From the NCBI GenBank assembly GCA_010093705.1, contig MU006094.1, forward strand, positions 347,550-411,549: DNA of 64,000 nt, given 5' to 3'. Every line of letters starts with the position of its first letter. Position 1 is the first letter of the stretch. This stretch comes from Patellaria atrata CBS 101060 (taxonomy: Eukaryota). The notes beneath the pieces are model-generated. The model did no database searches. It was not told the DNA's origin and was given only the letters and a program-made list of their open reading frames with translations. Positions 40,830 through 53,456 of the stretch are shown here, one piece after another. The translations under genes were made by a program, and so were the position numbers.

Positions 40830-42551
40830 ATGTCTGGAGAACTCCAAACGATCCCCGCCCGTCATGGCACGGCCACATTCGTGCCGCAAGGTCAAACGAT
40901 CAAGATCATAAATACCTATGGTAAGCAAGTGGTTGATGTCTGGGCTTTCGCTTTGCACCAGCCTCCGTCAGAAAAGGAAAAGCAAGCAGAAGAGAAAGAA
41001 GCAGATGAGAGCTCAAAGAAACCGGAGCAGGTATCAACACCAAGAAAGAGCAAGAGTACTGAGAACCAGCCAACTAAGAGCACAGAAAATTTACCAGAGG
41101 GAAATAAAACTCTGCAGAAACCGCCCGAGGAAGAGAAGGAATCGAAAGACAGTAAGACCAGCACCGAAGAAAAGAAGCAAAAGGATACCAAAGAAGGGAA
41201 GTCGGATAATGACACCCTGTCTAAAAGTTGGACCTCTTACATCCCATCGATCCGCTCGAAGGGAAAGGCTACGGGGGATAAAGCAAAGAGTTCAGCAGAA
41301 GGATCAAAATCGTCCACGTCCAAGGGCTGGTCGTCTTATATTCCTTCTGGGAAAGCGTTCACATCACGACTACCCTCCAAGGACACTATCAGCTCTTACG
41401 CCGGTTTGAATACACGTGATCCTGAGAAGTCGTATGCGGAGCAGTTGTACGATTTTTCCAAAACTCCGGTTGGGGCCGCGGGATTATCGGGTGAGTGTAC
41501 ATTATCTCTTTACAGCTCTAGATTGGAATTCTTCAGTAACTGTACGCTAAGTATACTCTCGCTGGTGTACTCTTGATTCCGAAACGCCGGTGAACCCTGA
41601 AGATACTTCATGTTCAGTATTCAAGACATGAATTACCTATACTATACCGTCCCACATATTCCACATACTATTCAACCCCCCCCCCCAAAAAAAAAAATTT
41701 AAAAAATTTACAAACACAAAACCCCCATCTCAAACCCCAGCTCATCCCATTCAACATCCACTAACCCTCCACTCGCCGCAGCCGTCGCCGGCTCCAGCTA
41801 CACCAGCACCCTCTACGCCGCCTACACCGCCTACACAACCACACACCCCACATCCCCGCCCCCGATGGAATACCTCTCCCTCCCGCACACCCTCGCCGCA
41901 ACCCACAACCTCACCCCCCGACCCAGCTCCACCCTCCTCTCCAACCTCCGCCAACCCCTCCTCACCCTCCTCGAAGACACTTCCCCAGGCCTCCACGACA
42001 CCCTCCTCGCAGCATGCGACCCCCGCACCCGCACCGGCGGCTCCTGCGCCGAGAACCTCGTCCTCGCGCTGCGCGAGCTGAACGCCACGAGCGGGCTCAA
42101 GGGCGTCAGGGCCGTTGGGGCCGATGTCAGTGTGAACACGTGTCCGACGTCGTTGTCGCTGTTCATGGATGCGGGGGTCGATGGAGATCGGGTCGCGGGA
42201 CCCCCGGAGGGGGGCCAGAAGGGGGACTTTGTGAGATTGAGGGCCGAGAGGGATGTCGTGGTTGTTATGAGTGCTTGTCCGCAGATGAGTGGGAAGAGTA
42301 TGGTTGCGCATTTTGTTGTTGAGGGGGAGGGGTTTGGGAAGGCCGGGGAAGAGGAGAAGAAGGTGAGGAAGGAGGGAGCTGAGAGACCGAAGCCGAAGAA
42401 GATCGGGTCGAGTAGGGCTAATTTGCGGAAAGAGGGGACGGTGGACGAGCGCGGGAAACAGGATGGACCGGATGTTCAAGCGCAGGATGGACCGCCTAGG
42501 AGGAAACCGAAGAAGTTGGAGAGAAGGAGTACAGCCCCGAAATCTGGTTAG
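40830..42551 (+). CDS. DUF1989 (urea-carboxylase-associated family) protein with a long charged insertion
   Basis: TIPARHG..GQTIKIINTYGKQVVDVWAF. Intron 41491-41781. Then MEYLSLPHT..SNLRQPLLTLLEDTSPGLHDTLLAACDP..SCAENL..DFVRLRAERDVVVVMSACPQ. Confidence 0.85.
41676..41697. repeat. Adjacent C11-A11 homopolymers in the DUF1989 intron
   Basis: Directly visible CCCCCCCCCCCAAAAAAAAAAA. Confidence 0.9.
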
Positions 42552-42814
42552 GAGGTTGGTACAATTATCAAATGGCTTCAACTGTTGGTTTCATGCACAT
42601 GTATATATACATTGCCTGTATCGTGATTCATTATTCGCTAAAACTACTGTAATTCCCATTCTCTACACAATCTGAGAGTTCTCTCAGTTACCATTAAGCC
42701 TTATATTCTACTCTGCTCATAGCATGTCTTTGCAAAGAACCCTTCAGAAATCAATATCCCAAAGTACCAAATTCCTCATCCCTTGTAGCCCAATGAAAAT
42801 ATCCCCTCCAGTCT

Positions 42815-45447
42815 CTAGCGGGTCGAATTGGAAAATTCAGTACCGGTATTCGAGTTGGTCGCCTCTTCCTCAACCTTTCCATCAATTGCCAATTCCCGCA
42901 TAGCATCACTAATACTCGGCTGTATGGTATCTCCTGATACCTCACTGACCCCACAACCTCCATCTTCCTCCTTCAACTCACACTCGCTGGCTTCCTCATC
43001 GGTACTGCTGCCAATCTTCTCCTCTTTACTAGCTCCCCCAAGGTACGGGTTGAGCCATTGATTCAGAATATCGTCGGCTTGGCGCTTCAGGTCAGAATTG
43101 GAAGATGCCTTGGTCGTCTTTGGGTCGAACAGAGAGGATCCGGCAATCGAAGTTCCGCCAAAGAATCCACTAGGCATATTCTTGATATTGCAGATCACCT
43201 CACCACTCCTAGGCTTAGGTTTCCCGAATAACCCGCCGAATTGCGTCGTTGGACGGTCTGTCGGTTTATCAAAGAGACTTGTCCCTGATTGCCGTTGTGT
43301 CCCGCTGGTGGATCCGAAAAGTCCAGGTGCAAGGTGTCCAGATGTTTTAGATGGTTCGGTTGGTAATCCGAACAGACCTGTGGATTGTGCCTGAAAGGTG
43401 TCGAACAGGCTGGTTGGCTTCCGAGCCGTTGTATTGGAAGAAGTCTCCCCCTCCGGTTGATTTGGGAAATTACTAAACAAAGTTGTGTCAAGTCTGTCTC
43501 GAACCCAGTCGGCTGTAGAAGTGGTGATACTGGACTTTAACCCTGACCCGGCAACCCCTTCGTCCACTGGAGGCTCCGGGTTTGAGCTCGTATTATGGCT
43601 GTGCTGGCGAAAAGGACCTATTCCACTGTGAATGGGGAGATTAACTGGAGACTGCGGTCCCAATTTTCCTTTCCGGTGACCGAAACTAGTAGCATTGGTA
43701 GTCTTGTAATCATATTTCTCAGGGTGCGAGAAGATATTTGGTGACTCAGAGACCGTTTTGAGTGGATCAAACAGGCCTTCAGCATCTCCTTTCGTGCTAA
43801 ACTTGAAAGGATCAAATGTTGGGGGCTCGACATTGAATAAATAGGGCTTCTTCTCGGTGAAAACATCATTTCCCTTAGTAAAAAAGACTAATGTCTGTAC
43901 TTCATGAGCTCCCATTGTTGTGGGTAGTATTACCGACCTGGATCTCTCGATGGACAGAATGGTCTCTTTGATGGAGCTAACAAAATCGAATACAGTAGCA
44001 CTTTCGCGCGAAGTGAGTCCTCTGAGCTCATCTATGATGGTTCCCTTAGTACGATTCTCAAGAACACGTTGTTGAATTGTCTCTCTGTTGAGTGGAAGTA
44101 ACGTTATTTCGGTGGACCACTCAATCATTTTCGGGTAGACAGCTACAGTAGGGTTTAGCGTCCAAGCTTTGAGGATGCCTCCTTCGAGATCACTGGGTAC
44201 TTCGTTAAGTCCAGTCTTCCCCCGAGCGTTTTCTTCTATGAGTACATTCACAGATTTATCAGACGTATCTTGTCCGTCTCTAGTGACTTCATCATGAATT
44301 GTGGTAGGTTCTTCGCCGTTATCTACTTCATGGGAAAAAATGAACTCAAACTCCGAGACAGAGTAATCCTTTTCATCGTGGACCGTGGTTTCCGCCGTAA
44401 TTGATTTGGGCTCGGAATCGGCTTTTCCCGAGTCTGGCTTTGGTGCCAAGGGATTGACGTTTCGTAGTGCCCTTATATGGAGCTCCTGGATGCTATTTTC
44501 CTGAATGAAAGTTGGTGGCCAGTTACCAAACATGATTACACTCGGGTATTTCCCCTGCTCCCTGAATATTTGTTAGAAAGTTTCACACCAAAACGAAAAA
44601 AACTAAGGGTTTTCATCATAGAGGTTCACTCACATCTCTTGGTAACGGCGGACCTCTTCCTCCTCAAAAGAAAGGGGAAACTTGAGATCGGGTTCGCCAG
44701 GATCCAACCAAAGACGTTCCTTCTTTTGCATTGATGGATAATCGGGTTCTCCGTACCGACCCCTAAAGCCTTGAGGGTGCTGTAGTTGCACATAGGATCG
44801 AGGGAGATTTGGAAATTCAACATGTTGTGGTGGTTGAGGTGCAATGGCGTCGAAAACACCAAGATTTGGTGCTCGATGCGTAGCTGGAGAGGTGATTGCT
44901 TCATTAAAGATCCCCTCCATGTATATATCTTTGGAAGAACGCCTATGGTCGGCAAATTAAAATGTGCAGCATCGTAAAGGTAAGAAAACACCTACGGACT
45001 TGATCTCCGACGAGCTCGGCCTAGCTGAATTGCTATGCCAAATTGTTGGATCTCATTGCTTAGTTGTACGATTCGGCCACAGTTAATACGACAATGTTCC
45101 CAGAGGTCCTTGAATGGGTTCCGATTGAAGAGCCCATATGCGTTCTGATCAAGAGCAGTATCAAGCGATTGAAGTTGAAACATGCAAGACTCCAAGCGGG
45201 AGTTAACATACTCAAGACCATTTGGACTAAGTATTTGGTCTTCCTCAAAATCAGAGCTCTTGCTAATGTTGGAGTTAACATGGGCTAAGATTCCCATAAG
45301 ACGGTAGATTTCACCGACAAATGGATCAAAGTCAGGAGCACGTTTCGTGCGGCTAATTGCTTCCAGCTTGAATGCTAAATCATCTCCAATATCAATTGCT
45401 GATGATATTGAATCTTGCACATCGCAGATAAGCAATTCGGCTGCCAT
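42815..45447 (-). CDS. Hypothetical protein: helical N-terminal domain and a C-terminal low-complexity region with GLFG/SLF motifs
   Basis: Three ORFs join in frame via introns at ~44995-44943 (GTAGGT..CATAG) and ~44633-44562 (GTGAGT..CTAAC..CAG). Start MAAELLIC at 45447. Confidence 0.75.
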
Positions 45448-47672
45448 ATTGACCACTCTCCGAGGGAGACGAACAAGGGTACTTTTAAGTGCCTGCTGGA
45501 GGTTTTGAGAAGTAACAACAAACACTCGATTGAGAAATTGAACCTGGACGGGAATTAATCCGGATATCTGAAATGGTGAGAATGAAGGAGAGTGTTCTTA
45601 CTATGACTTGAGGTGATGTTCGAGCAAACTATATCCAATTCTGGGCAAGGCTACAACTTCAGCTTAGCTAGGGTTCATGGGATGCTGCCTAGAGCTAGCG
45701 CGATCACGTGAATGATACGCTAAAGTCTAGACGATTTACCTAGCTTGTATCTGTGATTATGTAACCGTACTTTACCACGCTTACTACCTAACCAGAATAT
45801 GGCACTTCTGGATTGTTAGCATTGTTTATACATTCTAATAGTGTTTTACCTGACTGAGTAACTTGTAATACAGTTATTGAATTTTTGTGCAGCAAATTAT
45901 GAAAGCTAGAGAACGACCAGAACTAGAATCACGGAGCCCTTGGAGTATGCCGCACAACTCAAGACAAGTGCACCAATACAGACTACAGAGTACCTTAGGT
46001 ACGAAAGATGAAGTTAAGGAAACAACGCTGGCTCTCTTTAAGATAGTTAATGGAGTACGGTACATCATTAAAATGTTTGAATCGTACTGACCTTAATTTT
46101 AGATGGTAGAGCTGAATGAGTGTTCGTTCGACATGTCAATGTTGCCCATACCAACAATACCTTATCATGGCAATATTATTGCTTTGCCCATATCTTTTGT
46201 TCTTAGGTGTATACCTAGTGTGCAACTTGAGCTTTCTGTAGGTATCTACATGTGAATATGCATGTGAGGGTATCTACAGGGGCGGCTTCCTCTTGGAACA
46301 AACACAGAAGCGCTCGTATGACAAGAGCCTGGCTTATTGCTGCTACAACAGCACTTCTCTGTGGTCAGGATTCTTATCCTGAGGCAGACATGTGTTCAGT
46401 CATCAATCGACCAACTGTAGTAAGGTTGCATGTTCTGGTTGTACGGCACACACGCAAACACTGCAGCTCGCATTAGTAACTCCTAACTATTTCCAGCGTG
46501 GAAAAGACGGCATCTTCAATTCTTCTCAAAGTCTCAGGTTACATAAACACGATCTTGTCCCTCTTGTGCGGTGGGTGGAGGCAGTTGTTGTTTTTTTTTA
46601 TTAGATTCCTCCCTCGACCGCCTAGTGTTATCGGGGCTTGAAGTCTCGGGGATACGCTGGCGGGATTCTGGGCACCATGAATCCGTACAGGCACACATTG
46701 ACTTGGATTCTGACAGGCGGGTAATGTAAGAGGCAGCACCTTGGAGATAACGGTGGACAACGCTATCAAACCTCCAGCAGTTCCTATTCGCGGCCCTTCT
46801 CCTCCGAGGACGCAGTCTCCAAGAAATTCTCTTTATCTACTCATCATAAACTACGAGAGCACTGACAGCTCTTATTCCTGGAGCCCTTGGGAGCTTGGAG
46901 TCCCGAGCCCTCCAAGTTCCTTTGTACTGATGGACACACTTGGCATGTTACCTCGTGAGAAGTTGAGAATCAATGCTGGACTGGATGAAACACAAAGGCT
47001 CAGAGCCAAGGCAGGAAGAAAGTACACGGTGCGACAATGCAAAGACAAAAATGACTGCGGCTTTCAGAAAAGAACAGCAAATTCAGCAAACAAAAAGAGT
47101 CAAAGAGCGATGATGCCGGTCAATCCGCCTTGGGGGAGGTCTTGGATATGATGCTCGAAGAACTTGGGGATTGCTTGGGGAGGACTCCGCCGCTGTTGTT
47201 TCCAAGGGGCCACCGGGGGCCTTTTCTGCAACGGTGGAAGCCCGTGTTAGCCCCCAAGTGGCCCAAGGGAGTTTCCAATGCTCGGGCGTGCTGGGCGCAG
47301 TTGAGTAAGTTGAGAACAGCGTAAGAAATTGGTTTGTACTGATTGTTCTCAATGGTTACGGAGAGGCTGCGGTATCCGAGCGTTGGGTGTAATTGGTGCT
47401 TAGCGGTACTGCCAACCCTCAGCCAAGCTCTCCAAGAAACTTCAATGATCATGTAGCCAGAAAGAAGGACAGCAAAAGTCCCTGACCTCTTTCCGGAGGG
47501 GAGGACTTTCTCCAAGACGTTTTAATATGAAGGTACCACCGAGCTCATCCGCCTTCATCCTCAAAGAAGAGTCCTCATCAACACCAAAGCCGAAGTTGTC
47601 ACAGAGTGCGACGAGCATCCTCACGACGGCATCCACCGCGGAGCAGACCTAGGTCGGGACTTGGGCCTCAAA

Positions 47673-48652
47673 ATGGCCGTTCACCCGCACCTGCCTCCAA
47701 TGGCATATTCTCCAAACTACTATAACAATCAAGAGCAACTACAAGGAACTTATATCATCACAACAGACCGTGAGACCATATACACTCCCACCAAACCTCT
47801 CCCCGCATCGATAAGATCTCCCATACCACAGTCACCCTTCCCCGCTTCATTTAGAAACTCAAGCCAGAGCCATGATTCAGTTATCTCGCAACAATCGAAC
47901 CCCAAAGCATCATACTCCCCGAGTGCACCTTCCGTCGCATCGTTAGGACCTTCCGGACATATTGGATATGATAACAATATCAGAACAAGTAAACACGGAA
48001 GCAAGAGGACGAGCCAGAACAGTCCCCAAAGGAGCACGAGGGATCTAGAGAAAGGTGGACCACCAGAGGATTCGTCAAATGGAATGTACAGATCAGGAAG
48101 ACATGCAGTGAATGCAGATGTCACCACAATATCATACGGTCACGATGAACCTGATGACGACTTGCTGGAGGACAAAGCATTGCGGATTCTGGTGAGCAAT
48201 AACCCCAATATATACCATATGAGTCAAATTAACAACCGCAGATCTACCTCTCCAGCCTCTGTCCTCTCGTCTCCCTCGCAACTCTCTTCTGGACCCTTAT
48301 CTCCGTCATCGTTACTATTTTTCTTCAACCACTCCGTCTCATCTCTTACCGTCCCGACTTCCCCCAACAACTCACTTACTTCTTGGAGAAACCTCTCCGG
48401 CTACAACTTCGTTTGATATCCTCTTCCCCCACTTTCTCCAGTCTCGATGCGTCCATGCTCTTTATCATTCACCTCTTCTCTCCACTTATCGCCTTCGGGG
48501 TCGCTGTTGCATCTTGGACTACAGCTTTCTTCTGGTTCTATGCTGCCATCATTGGTGATCCAGATGGGAAGGATGGACATAACGATGGCCGTGCCACAGT
48601 GTTGGGAGTACGAGCATGGTGGGAACGGTGGTTGTTAAGAGCCATGAGATAA
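47673..48652 (+). CDS. Conserved fungal hypothetical membrane protein
   Basis: S/P-rich N-terminus. Intron 48192-48241. Hydrophobic C-terminus ending AFFWFYAAIIGDPDGKDGHNDGRATVLGVRAWWERWL. Confidence 0.8.
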
Positions 48653-50250
48653 TGGAGGAAGTATGAGCAAAAGGAGATTTTGGAGTAATGGTTTGTTTTC
48701 TGATTATATTTCTTTGTATCGATTTTACGGACCACACGATATCCAAGGCATTTTTGGGAGCGGGCGGCGTTGGGGAATATACGGGGTATGGTAGACATCG
48801 GGTTTTAGGTTCTTCTTTTCCCACGCTTTGGGATGGGGTTATCGGTATACAGGAGCTCATTGTACAGCATACTTCCATTCATAGCGAGGTCTCTTTGTTT
48901 ACACTTCCCTTGGGGCTATCATAAAGTTTTGTAGGTAGCGGTAGTCATTTTGAATGCAATGACTTTATTCAATGACTCTTCTATTCGAGTCTTACAACTT
49001 TCTATCCCCCTGCACGTGATCTTAGCTCCTTTCCCCCTTTTCTCTCCTAACATTACCAGGCCACCGTACGCTTCGTTGTACCCGCAACTGCATACTGTCA
49101 CTTTCGACCGCGCACGGGACTTCGCTTCGCCATCTTTTCCATGCATCCCGCCGCCAAACTAGAACTGCAAAAGTGAGTAACAAAGTACAGATAAGATAAG
49201 AGAGATCTCGGTCCTTATCCCAACCCACGTGATCATCACATGAGACGGAAAGGGGGTTCACCGGGAAAGACTAGTCATAGTACGTCCCCTGATCCCTTTC
49301 CCCATGTCACAACTCGACAATCAGCTTTCAACCGTACTGACAGCGCAAGACCTAAACTATGAGTACAGGTACAATTGGCGAATCGCCTTCACTGCCACGC
49401 TCGTACGCACCCTCGAATCATATGGTCCTTCCCTCCGTACGCGATTCAGCGTATATACTACAACGATCCTGTACCCACGATGAGCATACCCCTGCTCCAC
49501 CCACACTGTACGCACAAGTTCCCATCCGACATCCAACCCCTGGATACTGGCTACTGGATACCGGATCCCCTGACGAGACTAGATCCCTAACTATGTAGTT
49601 ACTAGCATGCTTATATGACCTCTCATCCAATACGCTGTATCTCACTATTCGGAGCTCATGTCGAGAGCACGCTAAAAAGGGGATGATAACTTTCACCTAT
49701 TTGGAGTATGTACTCTCCTTCTCCTTCTCCTTATTGCCCTTGGGGCCCTTTACCCCCATCTCCTGTCTTGCGTGTGATTCCAGTGAAGGTCGCGGGAGCC
49801 TAACTGTTAATTAGTTATACGACTTACGAGAATCCATAGTCCAGGAGATGGGCATGCACGTGATATATACGCCCGGTCACTCTAACTTCCTTATTATTAC
49901 TACTGATATATATATAAGACTATATATTTACTACATATACTAGATATCTTATATTAATTGTTAAGTCTTTATAGATACCAAACTATAATGGTTTATTTAG
50001 GGGCTAATATCTTATAGAAGGAGTAATCATCTTGAGTGTAAATGTGAGGCTGCCCCTAAGCAGGCATTGACCAAGTAAAATCAAGAGAAATCATTGAAGG
50101 CAATAGAATCACACGAATCAAGGTAAAGATCACGTTTGCACCATTAACTTTTCATGTTTGCAATTGAAGAATGTCTCACCACTAACTGAAGGTAGACTAG
50201 CAAACATCTGCAGCAAATCAAAGCAAATCAAAGCAAATTAACTATTAATC

Positions 50251-50789
50251 TCATTCAAACCCCGATGTTGACGCCGAGCATGTATGCGCCGAGTATGCAT
50301 ATGCACGAGCCGCCTTCTCGAAACCCTTAGGGTAGTACCTAAGCCACACATCAAGACCACGGAAGACCTCATCCTTGGTGCTGATCGGATTCTCAACACC
50401 ATCGGGCAATTCATACCTATCCCACCGGATACCAGTCAACATATACGTTCACGATTAGTCATCGATATTCACAGGGGCTCAGCGCCGAGGATGTGCTCGG
50501 CGAAAGGATGGGATGGGATGGAATGGGATACTTACTGAAATCCGTGACATATCTTGGAGGGATAGTCACCATAGATCTCACCACCAGCATCGAGGACGGT
50601 ACGCTTGAGAGTTTCGCAGATGGCTGCTATCTCGGCATCTTCTTCGGGAGTGTTGAAGGCATGAAACTATGATTTATTGAGGTGTGAGCAGCGGTGAATG
50701 GGTAAGATGAAAGATGAGTGAAGCAAACTTACGCGGCGCAACATGAAATGCCAGCCGTGTGAAGGCAAGACGACAAGTGGTGGAGGCAT
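50251..50789 (-). CDS. Small protein (117 aa), peptidase inhibitor I9 / subtilisin-propeptide-like, copy A
   Basis: Exons 50789-50733, 50666-50536 and 50416-50251, both introns GTAAGT..TAG, total 354 nt. Core LKRTVLDAGGEIYGDYPSKICHGFQYELPDGVENPI. Confidence 0.72.
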
Positions 50790-51329
50790 TCTTGATGGAG
50801 AGAGATGACTTCGAAGATGAAGTAAGAGTGGTGAATATGAAAAAAATTAGACTCTGGAAGAAGGTATCACCACGCACAGTTGTTGGGCGAAGGTGGTGGA
50901 TGAAGAAGAAAGAAAGAAGGAGGAAGGAATATAGGGGAGGAAGAGGTTTAAGTAGAAAGCGGGAAAGGATCTCGGGCCGCAACGTCGTTTGCGGGAACGG
51001 AGGAAGGAGCTGATGACGATTGACGTTATCTGATATTAGGTCATTTGAGCAAGTTAAGATTAATGAGGGAGTTATAAAACGGGAAGAGCCAGGTCGTGCC
51101 TTCCATATACAATAGGAAAGGGGAACTGGACTACGGCACAGGAACATGGGTACTGCAAATACTGGTAAACTGTGAATGCAGAGATTTATTTCCACAAAAG
51201 CTATTGTAACTCTATTGATTTGATTCATTCTCCCCCTATCATCAGTCATAACATCGTTCATCATCTCAATGTCACTCAACACCTCCTTCCATCCGCAGAA
51301 AGAACATCTTTGCACTACCCACTATCCAT

Positions 51330-51834
51330 CTACAATCCCTCCAACATCTCCTCCATTGACACTTCGGATACCGTACCACTGCGCCGCGAAAAGATCATCA
51401 CATCTGGCACGCGCGAACTGGTAGGCGGGAAGGGGTTTTCAACCTCGTGTGGTAGTATGTAGCTACGCATATTAGCATTATTACCCCTATATCGCCAGCT
51501 ATCACAGTGAATTGTAGAACCGTAAGGAAATCTGCTTACATGAACCCGAAGATTCGCTGCCCGGGGTCAGGTCGGGTCTTTTCATGCATAATCTGCCCGC
51601 CGGCGCCGGTGGCCTCATTTCGTAGTTCGTTGTAGATGCTTGTGAGTTGTTGTAAATGGCGAGCATCACCATTGGGATCAGGGTTTGGGAGGGAGGCCTG
51701 ATTGATATGAGTCAACAAATCAGACAAGCGACAGAGGGGTTCAATCTTGAGAATTTGGTACTCACGTCGTGTAGGATACTTTTATCCCACAAAATGAGCT
51801 CGTAGCTCAAGGTATCGCTGTTTGATGAGCTCAT
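51330..51834 (-). CDS. Small protein (119 aa), peptidase inhibitor I9-like, copy B
   Basis: Exons 51834-51766, 51697-51540 and 51462-51330 (GTGAGT..CAG; GTAAGC..CTAAT..TAG), total 360 nt. Core LRNEATGAGGQIMHEKTRPDPGQRIFGFIYILPHEVENPF. Confidence 0.72.
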
Positions 51835-52285
51835 GTTGGTAAATTGAACGAAAGGTTTGGGGAGAAAGAGCAGGAATGGTAGTTCTCATATCTGAAAGAA
51901 TCCCACTAAAGCGATCTGACTTGGCCCAAACACCTGGTCATGTGTGCGCGTGTTTGTAAACGGAGAGAACTGCGGTATTGTACATGCTCCCTCCTTCTAA
52001 TTGACGTTTGTCGGGTACCATATGTCTCCTGGAGACTGGTAGGCGCTCCTTACCAATCTGAAGTATGCTGAACTTTTCAAGATACATATATTTAAAGTGT
52101 CTGTATAGCTGTAACTTGTCTCTACCCTCCAAACTACTATGTATCGGCTAGTCTACGTGCAGTTGGACCTCTTTATGCCATCGCAACCGTTCCATAAAGC
52201 AACGTCGGATCATCTGTAAGTGAAGCCGTACAGTGAGCCAGAAGTACCATGATAAGGGGAAGGAGTACGGTCTATTTTTGGTTGA

Positions 52286-53137
52286 TTATTCTCTCTTGCT
52301 AGCTGCAGCGGCGCCACTTGATTTCCATGCGCTCAATATCAGATTCACTATGTGGTCAACATTCTTCCCATTCTTCACCTGCGCAAAGATAGTCGGTCCA
52401 CCCTCCCTCATTTTTCTCGCATCCCTCTCCATAACATTCAAGTCCGCTCCTACAATCTCTGCAAGGTCTGTCTTGTTGACCACCAAGAGGTCGCTTTGTG
52501 TGATTCCCGGGCCTCCTTTCCTAGGGATCTTATCTCCCCCGCTCACATCGATAACATAAATGATGTAGTCCGCCAGTTCCCGACTATAGTTTGCAGCAAG
52601 ATTATCCCCACCGCTCTCTATCAAAAGGATCTCCGTATTGAATTGCCTATGCAGGTCCTCGAGCGCAGCAAGATTGGCACTGATATCCTCCCGTACGGCC
52701 GCGTGAGGACAGCCTCCCGTTTCTATGGCGGCGATGCGCTCTGGGGGAAGGGCGGAATGCTTGACCAGGAACTCGCGGTCTTCGCGTGTGAAGATATCAT
52801 TGGTGACGGCTGCGATAGAGTACTTGTCGCGCAATTCCTGACATAGGGCAAGCATAAGAGCTGTTTTACCTGAACCTACCGGCCTAGGGGATTAACTTTA
52901 GCTGATTCATGATCTGAAGGAGGGTGTTCGTTCAGGGTGTTGTCAGGGTACTTACCCACCAATCCCTACCGTAAAAGCTCTCTCTTCCCATACCCTACCT
53001 TCAATTATAGGCATCTCACGCCCTAAGTATGACCCAGGTCCATCAAGTATCTCATGTGTGTGGCCATGGTCAGCTACAGCGTTATCGTGAGAATGACTTG
53101 GACCATCATCGTGAGAGTGAGTATGAGCGGAGGCCAT
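52286..53137 (-). CDS. ureG: Urease accessory GTPase UreG
   Basis: His-rich N-terminus. TVGIGG/intron/PVGSGKT P-loop. [52 protein letters not shown] and NKTD. Confidence 0.98.
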
Positions 53138-53456
53138 TGTGGTGTAACGCGAAGGTGTATTTCTGTATAACAGTTGTGGTACGTAGTGTTAAGAGGTAGG
53201 TTCCCATGACGACAGTGGGGTAGGTCCAGTACAAGGTACCTTGGTGGGGGCAATGGTGTGCTTAGTAATAACTTAGCTAAGCCACGCTATTATCACATTG
53301 TCGGGTATAAACACTATGGAATGTTATCATGTGTATAGTGGATGTGAGAGGAACCGATTGCCCCGTAGTCAGGGGAAACGAATGATGCCGGAGTGAGGAA
53401 CAAGTGTAATTCTGAATCCCTGAAAATTATCGTGAATATTTCTTTGTTTAAGAACA

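Noticed and set aside
41751..42581. 276-aa antisense ORF
   Set aside because: Opposite the GC-rich DUF1989 exon; no recognisable motif, and stop scarcity is explained by composition.
45500..47660. Numerous overlapping 60-136 aa ORFs
   Set aside because: No motifs, consistent splice structure or codon bias; treated as intergenic/UTR.
50674..51315. 213-aa minus-strand ORF
   Set aside because: Non-ATG start; runs through the pyrimidine-rich promoter/UTR between the two I9-like genes; the spliced models explain the region better.
52233..52846. Plus-strand ORFs overlapping ureG
   Set aside because: Antisense shadows of a highly conserved gene.
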